Positions 17,401 to 22,693 of a DNA stretch of 32,000 nt are shown here, in pieces (the first letter of the stretch is position 1; each line of letters begins with the position of its first letter). Made by a program: the position numbers and the translations under genes. Source of the DNA: Pseudidiomarina andamanensis (lineage in GTDB: Bacteria; Pseudomonadota; Gammaproteobacteria; Enterobacterales; Alteromonadaceae); the NCBI RefSeq assembly GCF_009734345.1, contig NZ_CP032551.1, positions 30,001-62,000 of the forward strand, given 5' to 3'. The notes beneath the pieces were generated by a model. It saw only the letters and a program-made list of their open reading frames with translations. It searched no databases and was not told the origin of the DNA.

Positions 17401-18332
17401 ATGAGGTTATCTATAACTACGTTGACATCAATGGTGGTACACCAACTTACAATACGGCTATTGGCTTAGAAAACTTCCGTGGCGATGTTGGCACAACCTA
17501 CTATTTTACCGGTACGGGTACATACCCAGCAAACGGTGCAACGCTTGCGGCGAGTTTCAATTATGGTGAGCGTGCCGAAGTTCTGATGAATGTTCCAGCG
17601 ACGGTGACTAACTTAGGTCCATTAGCGGATATTACCGTTTCAGGCACGGCGAACCGTTCAGTTGAAGTTGACTTTGCCGAAGCGAGTGTGGAGTTAGGGC
17701 GTGACTATGTGGTGCTGATGAATATTAGTAGCACCGATGCAGGTGAACCGCTTGAGTATGCCGCGCAATTGCCAATTTCAGTGCAACCGCAAGGAGCTCT
17801 GGTGGGTTCTCTAGTTAGTCAACCGGCAAATGGCGCAGCAAGCTTTAGTGGTACAACATTAACTTACTCACCCGATGACGACTTTACTGGTGCCGATAGC
17901 TTTGATGTGCGTTTAGTTGATGAGGCTGGTTCGCCGACGGCTACCGCGACAGTTACGGTAGAAGTGACAAATACAGCGCCTGTAGCGAGCGTTGATGCGC
18001 CAAACACAGCAACTTCAGGCGATACGGTGCGGCTTGATGCATCAGGCAGTTCCGATGCTGACGGAGATACGTTGACATACGACTGGCAGGTAGTAAGCGG
18101 AAGCGGTGTGACTTTGTCAGGTGCCAACTCTGCAACGGCAAGCTTCACTGCGCCTGAAGTGACGACTGCAACAACCGTGCAGGTGCGCCTCATTGTTTCA
18201 GACGGCATGGCAACGGCGGAGCAAACGGTTTCGGTGAGCGTGACGCCACCGGAGAAGAGCTCAGGTGCCATGGGATGGTTGTTGGTGCTGTTGGCGCTGC
18301 CATTGGTGTGGTTGCGTCGTCGTTACGTTTAG
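14409..18332 (+). CDS. Secreted multidomain S8 subtilisin-like serine protease, paralogue of 10127..14311 (1 PKD-like repeat instead of 2)
   Basis: The ORF track starts at TTG 14379. I prefer ATG 14409, which gives MKRLQTTLAVTIVALLTSAATSTVYA as the signal peptide. Motifs IAILDTGID, HGTHVAGT, NNSWG and GTSMASPHVAG; same domain order as protease 1; C-terminus SSGAMGWLLVLLALPLVWLRRRYV. Confidence 0.9.
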   Translation: MKRLQTTLAVTIVALLTSAATSTVYAADIQVKVNERTMTAPQRKIPQPAEQRVGVAAPKRYLIQLEEPSVATYKGGIAGYAATSAAVTDSKRLRLGSQAVSDYSGYVQKRQKEIFNTITQQVPSVALKKHMKLLLNAMVVEYNGDDLAQQLAGMPGIKGVYADREVYVQTDTSNALIEAPAVWQQLGGQAQAGAGVKIAILDTGIDPDHIMFEDNGHTRPDLGITDDYCASTPSFCNDKLIVARYFLPAGFDLHPDEFANSPEDLDGHGTHVAGTAAGNPVSTTFNGVSVNFSGVAPGANLMIYKALWVNADGSTTGSSISLAEALEAAANDGADVINNSWGSLDNGVAPYEADIVRAIDAMGIVNVAAAGNDGPAESSMGCPACIDEMLAVANTQTGRRFAVTMTHSDYSNAIPVLIGQGDFTISTAITGAFRTAKRDAPSNSLACNSFSAGLFTNEIVLVERGTCTFEQKANNLQAAGARAMVLYNNVAGAISMDMGTATLPSVSLDQATGQQLESGWVAGEQVTINPPTRVIDESLQDRLASSSSRGPNRDSTILKPEVAAPGTDILSAYPGNQLALLSGTSMASPHVAGAAALLRDLKPSWTNNQIKSVLMTSANANIRQSDNDAQATPHQVGAGRIDLAAAMASGISFDRASLNNNACIGMCDFDRVVTNLTSATQTWNITASFDDPNITATLPATISLAANESKTLSVTINTAFADEGWQFGALTLTSDSGNYSSARLPIAVYTSLSDDSRIISGAIASGGAVAGEAMTLQLRGGLGFTDGATEFSVALPTSAGISIDYNNIGLQLTRSTQTAFDVNETTGILVWQGDQNDAPDSANIGAVSGFAYAGMSLADIALTQDISISSVCSEGCDDLVAEVELEGDGATWSFDGFDHHVFSMWSNGVVELGESRALFTASAAMLPNENEPNGIVAPFWTDLEFVNGDGEMNYAIVTEGTDTYLVLEWENARSWVASGATDNGVRYTFNVWFKLGTNEVIYNYVDINGGTPTYNTAIGLENFRGDVGTTYYFTGTGTYPANGATLAASFNYGERAEVLMNVPATVTNLGPLADITVSGTANRSVEVDFAEASVELGRDYVVLMNISSTDAGEPLEYAAQLPISVQPQGALVGSLVSQPANGAASFSGTTLTYSPDDDFTGADSFDVRLVDEAGSPTATATVTVEVTNTAPVASVDAPNTATSGDTVRLDASGSSDADGDTLTYDWQVVSGSGVTLSGANSATASFTAPEVTTATTVQVRLIVSDGMATAEQTVSVSVTPPEKSSGAMGWLLVLLALPLVWLRRRYV

Positions 18333-18361
18333 AATGTTAAGTTGCTATAACTTATAAAGAA

Positions 18362-18388
18362 ACGGCGATAGGATGAAACTATCGCCGT
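18362..18388 (+). other. Hairpin ACGGCGATAG-GATGAAA-CTATCGCCGT after protease 2, near-identical to the one at 14360-14385; no U-tract
   Basis: 10-bp perfect stem read directly. It ends 20 nt before the lipoprotein ATG. Confidence 0.7.
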
Positions 18389-18407
18389 GAATCAACGAGG
18401 TGTTGCT

Positions 18408-18875
18408 ATGACAAAGGGACTATCTAAAGGCCTGAGCATTCTGGCTTTGGCGCTCGCAATTTCTGGCTGTGTTGACTCTGAACAAGCTAACAATGAAGGA
18501 GAGCAGCGTATGCCGAATGAGATCGAACAAGAACAAAGTGTGGACCCAGCAGCTGATGCCAACCGTGGTGCCCGCCTTGCTGAGTTAGATAACCAAATTC
18601 GCACTATGGTGGGGATAGCTCGCGCTGATTCATTTGATCAATGTCGTTTAACGGCGGTTGGTAAACGTGCCTGCGGTGGTCCGGAATATTATATTGCGTA
18701 TTCAACCAAGGTAACGGACGAGAAAGCGTTGCAGAAATTGGTGAACGAATACACGCAGTTACGCATTGAACATATTAATGCGACTCAAGAAATGAGCACC
18801 TGTGAGGTGATTCCTGAGCCGCAATTATCGCTTGAAAATGGTGTTTGTCGCGCAGTAGCGCACAGCACGATGTAA
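18408..18875 (+). CDS. Small hypothetical lipoprotein
   Basis: The ORF track starts at GTG 18387. I prefer ATG 18408, which has a GAGG RBS at 18397-18400. Lipobox LAISGC; 155 aa; four further Cys residues. I recognise no family. Confidence 0.65.
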   Translation: MTKGLSKGLSILALALAISGCVDSEQANNEGEQRMPNEIEQEQSVDPAADANRGARLAELDNQIRTMVGIARADSFDQCRLTAVGKRACGGPEYYIAYSTKVTDEKALQKLVNEYTQLRIEHINATQEMSTCEVIPEPQLSLENGVCRAVAHSTM

Positions 18876-18891
18876 AAATTACCGATAGACA

Positions 18892-21800
18892 TTATTGCCG
18901 CTCCAAATATTTCAGCAGTGATTTGAGAGCGGCTGGTTTTACCGGCTTAGCGAGGAAATGTAAGTTCTGCTCACGCGCTTGCTTTCGCACTGAATCGTCA
19001 CGCATCGCTGTCACTAACGCACCCGATAACGTATCCCCCCAGTAGTGCCTTAAAGCTTTAGCTAAACTTAATCCGTCATGTTCGTCATCACCCAATTGAT
19101 AATCGAGTAACATGCCATCGGGGCGTTGGTGGGTGCTAGCGTACTCAAGAGCTGTGGCGCTGCTGGTAAAGGTTTCAACGGTGCAACCCCACTTCTCAAG
19201 CAAGGCACGCAAGGCGTTTAAGTTTTCTTGATCGTCATCGACACAAACCATCACCATACCCCGATTCACGTCGGCAGTGCTTGGCTGTTGTGGCTTTTCG
19301 TATACCTGAGCAGGGCTACCGAGTGGCACCTGCACTGAGAAACAGCTACCCGAGCCTTCAACAGTTTTTAAGCGCAGTTCGCAATGCAATTGCTCGCTCA
19401 TGCGCTTCGCCACGCTTAAACCAAGGCCAACGCCTTCTACTCGCGTTTGTGAGCCTCGATAAAATGCATCGAAAATACGATGGCGTTGCTGTGCGGTGAT
19501 ACCAGGACCCGTATCGTACACCGCAATCAATAAATGGTTGCCACGTTGACGCACTGCTAAAAGTACCTTGCCATTGTCGCGATTGTACTTCACCGCGTTG
19601 GATAAGAAGTTTTGAATAATGCGGCGCAAGTAGGTTGGGTCGGTATACACCACACCATCGTGCAGATGCGTTTTTAAGGTGACGCCACGCTGTTCGGCCA
19701 ACACACCGTACTCATGCACTAGTGGCTCGAGAATGGTACTCAAGCGCACGTGTCGGAAACTTGGCTGCAGCGCACCTTGGTCCATTTTTGCAATTTGCAG
19801 TAGGGTGCTGAGCAAATGCTCGGTAGAAGCCAGAGCCGTATCGAGCCGACTAAGAAGCTGCATATTATTGCTGTTGAGATTGCTTTCATCCATCGCTGAC
19901 AAGTACAAGCGAGCTGCATTCAGCGGTTGCAAAATGTCGTGACTGGCAAGTGCCAAGAAACGTGTTTTCGACGCGTTCGCTTCTTCGGCTTCTTGCGTGG
20001 CTTTTTTGAGTTCCACTTCTACTTTGCGACGGCGCTCAATTTCTTCGGTGAGTTCGTTGTTAATTTCACGAATTTTCTTTTGACGCACATTGATGCGTTG
20101 CTCGAGATCGATATTGGCCTCTTCCAGCGCCTGTTGCGTCTCAACGTGTTCGGTTATGTCGGTGAATGAGGTCACAAAACCGCCGTTTGGTAGCGGATTC
20201 CCGACCATTTCAATCACTCGGCCATCACCACGACGGCGAATAAACCGGTGCGGCGAGCCCATCTGCATATGCTTTAAACGCTTGGCGACCAGCTCATCAA
20301 TTTCACCGGGACCACATTCACCGCGCTCCGCGTTATAGCGAATCAGTGTGGCTATTGGTTGCCCCGGCTTCACCATGCCGTCAGGGTAATCGAAAAGATC
20401 AAGGTAACGTTTGTTCCACGCCACCAACCGCAGTTCAGCATCAACTACTGATATACCCTGTGCCAAGTTCTCGAGCGAACTAAATAGAATGGATTGCTGG
20501 GTTTGCAAGGCTTGCGTGGTGTCATCGAAAAAGTGCACCACTTCTTCAAGGTGTAAACGGCGGTCACGCAATGCAGCCTCAACCAACGAGCGTGCAGTAG
20601 CCGCCCCGAGTACACCAGTCAACACGCGCTCGACGTAATCAATAAACTCGCGCGAAGCCACGTCTTCTTTGTTGGTGTGGCTGGTATCGTCACCTTGCGA
20701 CTCGGCAAAATAATCTAACAACTGAGTGGTGCGTTGCTCGCCCACGAAGGTTTGTAGCAACAGCATCATATCGCCATTCGTGGCTTGATGGTGCCGACCG
20801 ATGGTGTGCTCTTGCACGCGCGAACGCGGCTTTACAAATGCGGTGGCTTGAATGCGGTCAATTAGACGCGGCTGGGCTAGCAACGAGAACACGATATAGA
20901 AGGCCGTGTTGACCGCCAAACTAATTACCGTGCCTTGGGTAATGACGCTGGTATCGGTGCTGTCGTGTGGTAGATACATCGGTACTGCCACGGCAAATAG
21001 CCAAGCAATGAGGCCAGTGCCTAAGCCGACATACACACCACGCGCGTGGCCACGACGCCAATACAGACCGCCTAATACGGCGGGTAATAACTGCAACACT
21101 ACCGAGAACGCGAGTAAGCCGATGCTGACTAGCCCGGTGCCTGCCGCCCAGAAGTAATAGCATAAGTAACTGAGTAACAAGATAGTGGCGATAGCAACGC
21201 GACGAATAAACAGCAGATGTTTCTGGAAGCTAGTCGGGAAGCGACTGCGACGCTGTAAAATAACGGGCATGATCACGTCATTCGTAACCATGGTACTTAA
21301 CGTGACTGAGGCGATGATGACCATGGCGGTTGCGGCTGAGAAACCGCCAATAAAGATAAATACGGCCAGCCACGTCTGATCATGAAGCAACGGCAGGCGC
21401 AGCGCGTAAGTATCGCCATCGATGCCACTTCCGAAAAACAGCCCGCCACTCAATGCAATAGGAACAATGGCGACAGCAACCAGCACTAAGTATAAAGGGA
21501 AGCCCCAGCGTGCGGTTTTCAGGTGGTTCACATTAACATTATCGACCACTGCGACGTGAAATTGGCGCGGTAAACACAAGATAACACCAGCCGCCATAAA
21601 GGTTTGCACAATGAAATCAAACTCGGTGATGGCTTCCCAGCTCCACGCTTTCGAGGTTGGCGTGGTGACTTGTTCCCACATGCTAACCGGTGACACATCA
21701 TTGAATAAGATATAGGCAAACACAGCGGCCGCCAGCAATGCGACTAACTTCACGGCAGATTCAAAGGCAATAGCCAAAATCATACCATTGCGATACTCGG

Positions 21801-22338
21801 TCACCTCAATGTGGCGAGTACCAAATAGCATCGCAAAAGCGGCCATAATTGCTGCTGCGACAAGTTCGTTGATTGAAAATTGAGTGAGCGCCGAAGTGTT
21901 TTCGGTGAGCACCACAAAGGTTAACCCTACCGCTTTTAATTGCAGCGCGATGTAAGGAATTGTTGCCAGTGCGGCAATTAAGGTCACAAATAATGCCAAC
22001 CGCTGGCGTTTACCATAGCGGCTGGCAATAAAGTCGGCAATGGAGGTGATGTTCTGTTGCTTTGATACACTCACCAGTTTTTCTAGTAGCGGTAGCGCGA
22101 AAATAAATAGTAAGAAGGGCCCAAGTAGAATCGGAATATAGGCCCAACCGTCGGTTGCTGCATTACCCACTGCACCATAGTAAGTCCAACTGGTGCAATA
22201 TATCGCTAAAGACATACTGTAAATGATTGGTTTATAGCTGATTTTATTGGCCAAAGAGTTCGGTTTGTCGCCCCAATGTGCAACGGCAAAGAGCAAAGCG
22301 ATGTAGGCCAAAGAGGCTAAGATGAGTAGTAATGTCAT
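18892..22338 (-). CDS. crbS: Hybrid sensor histidine kinase with an N-terminal sodium:solute-symporter (SSS/SLC5) domain, CrbS/CbrA-type
   Basis: 1148 aa. About 500 aa of polytopic SSS-like membrane domain; PAS (GISVVDAELRLVAWNKRYLDLFDYPDG); coiled coil; H-box LALASHDILQPLNAA; HATPase motifs (DTGPGI, GVGLGLS); C-terminal receiver (VCVDDDQ...LLDYQL...KPV). This architecture defines CrbS, the sensor of the acetate switch. Confidence 0.8.
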   Translation of the reverse strand: MTLLLILASLAYIALLFAVAHWGDKPNSLANKISYKPIIYSMSLAIYCTSWTYYGAVGNAATDGWAYIPILLGPFLLFIFALPLLEKLVSVSKQQNITSIADFIASRYGKRQRLALFVTLIAALATIPYIALQLKAVGLTFVVLTENTSALTQFSINELVAAAIMAAFAMLFGTRHIEVTEYRNGMILAIAFESAVKLVALLAAAVFAYILFNDVSPVSMWEQVTTPTSKAWSWEAITEFDFIVQTFMAAGVILCLPRQFHVAVVDNVNVNHLKTARWGFPLYLVLVAVAIVPIALSGGLFFGSGIDGDTYALRLPLLHDQTWLAVFIFIGGFSAATAMVIIASVTLSTMVTNDVIMPVILQRRSRFPTSFQKHLLFIRRVAIATILLLSYLCYYFWAAGTGLVSIGLLAFSVVLQLLPAVLGGLYWRRGHARGVYVGLGTGLIAWLFAVAVPMYLPHDSTDTSVITQGTVISLAVNTAFYIVFSLLAQPRLIDRIQATAFVKPRSRVQEHTIGRHHQATNGDMMLLLQTFVGEQRTTQLLDYFAESQGDDTSHTNKEDVASREFIDYVERVLTGVLGAATARSLVEAALRDRRLHLEEVVHFFDDTTQALQTQQSILFSSLENLAQGISVVDAELRLVAWNKRYLDLFDYPDGMVKPGQPIATLIRYNAERGECGPGEIDELVAKRLKHMQMGSPHRFIRRRGDGRVIEMVGNPLPNGGFVTSFTDITEHVETQQALEEANIDLEQRINVRQKKIREINNELTEEIERRRKVEVELKKATQEAEEANASKTRFLALASHDILQPLNAARLYLSAMDESNLNSNNMQLLSRLDTALASTEHLLSTLLQIAKMDQGALQPSFRHVRLSTILEPLVHEYGVLAEQRGVTLKTHLHDGVVYTDPTYLRRIIQNFLSNAVKYNRDNGKVLLAVRQRGNHLLIAVYDTGPGITAQQRHRIFDAFYRGSQTRVEGVGLGLSVAKRMSEQLHCELRLKTVEGSGSCFSVQVPLGSPAQVYEKPQQPSTADVNRGMVMVCVDDDQENLNALRALLEKWGCTVETFTSSATALEYASTHQRPDGMLLDYQLGDDEHDGLSLAKALRHYWGDTLSGALVTAMRDDSVRKQAREQNLHFLAKPVKPAALKSLLKYLERQ

Positions 22339-22407
22339 TTGGGTGCGCGTTGTTTGGGTTTTGGTAGATTGGATTAGTTAAACGGAAACCTTTGAGAACT
22401 GCAAGAG

Positions 22408-22508
22408 CGTTATTCGTTGTTCGTTATTCGTTATTCGAAAAAGAAAAGCCAACAACGTTGTTTGTGTTTTGTGTTTACCGATTAACGAATAACGAATAAC
22501 GAATAACG
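22408..22508. repeat. Heptamer-armed inverted repeat C: left arm 22408-22437, 41-nt loop, right arm 22479-22508
   Basis: CGTTATT CGTTGTT CGTTATT CGTTATT CG faces CGATTAA CGAATAA CGAATAA CGAATAA CG, complementary at 28/30. The loop contains the 12-bp palindrome AACAACGTTGTT (22451-22462). Confidence 0.85.
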
Positions 22509-22581
22509 CCTTTGCTCGTTATATGATGTTTTTCGTCGCTAGGGGTTTTAATTTCGGCTCATAATTGCTACAAAAGGCTAT

Positions 22582-22600
22582 GTGTAACCTTCCGTTACAC
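22582..22600. promoter_or_regulatory. Inverted repeat GTGTAAC-N5-GTTACAC about 95-110 nt upstream of the TonB-dependent receptor start (candidate operator)
   Basis: Perfect 7-bp arms read directly. I recognise no matching consensus (not Fur-like, and the spacing is wrong for CRP). Confidence 0.25.
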
Positions 22601-22693
22601 TTTGTCACAAATTGGATGTGTGTCTTAAAATGGGATTCCCCGCTTCACATCCTCTTTAGAACAATAAAAATACAACCCATGGAGAATAACAGA

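Noticed and set aside
10009-18400. I considered whether the protease block is a mobile genomic island.
   Set aside because: I saw no integrase, transposase, tRNA attachment site or flanking direct repeats. Only the indirect arguments remain (it splits crbR from crbS and lacks heptamer elements), so I report it as a possibility, not a feature.
22565-22693. The N-terminal extension of the TonB receptor in the ORF track (TTG start at 22565). The same issue applies to the 14379 start of protease 2 and the 18387 start of the lipoprotein.
   Set aside because: The downstream ATGs (22694, 14409 and 18408) give canonical signal peptides or a lipobox at the N-terminus, and two of them (22694 and 18408) follow a recognisable RBS. 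The extensions would bury the signal peptides, and two of them overlap hairpin structures.
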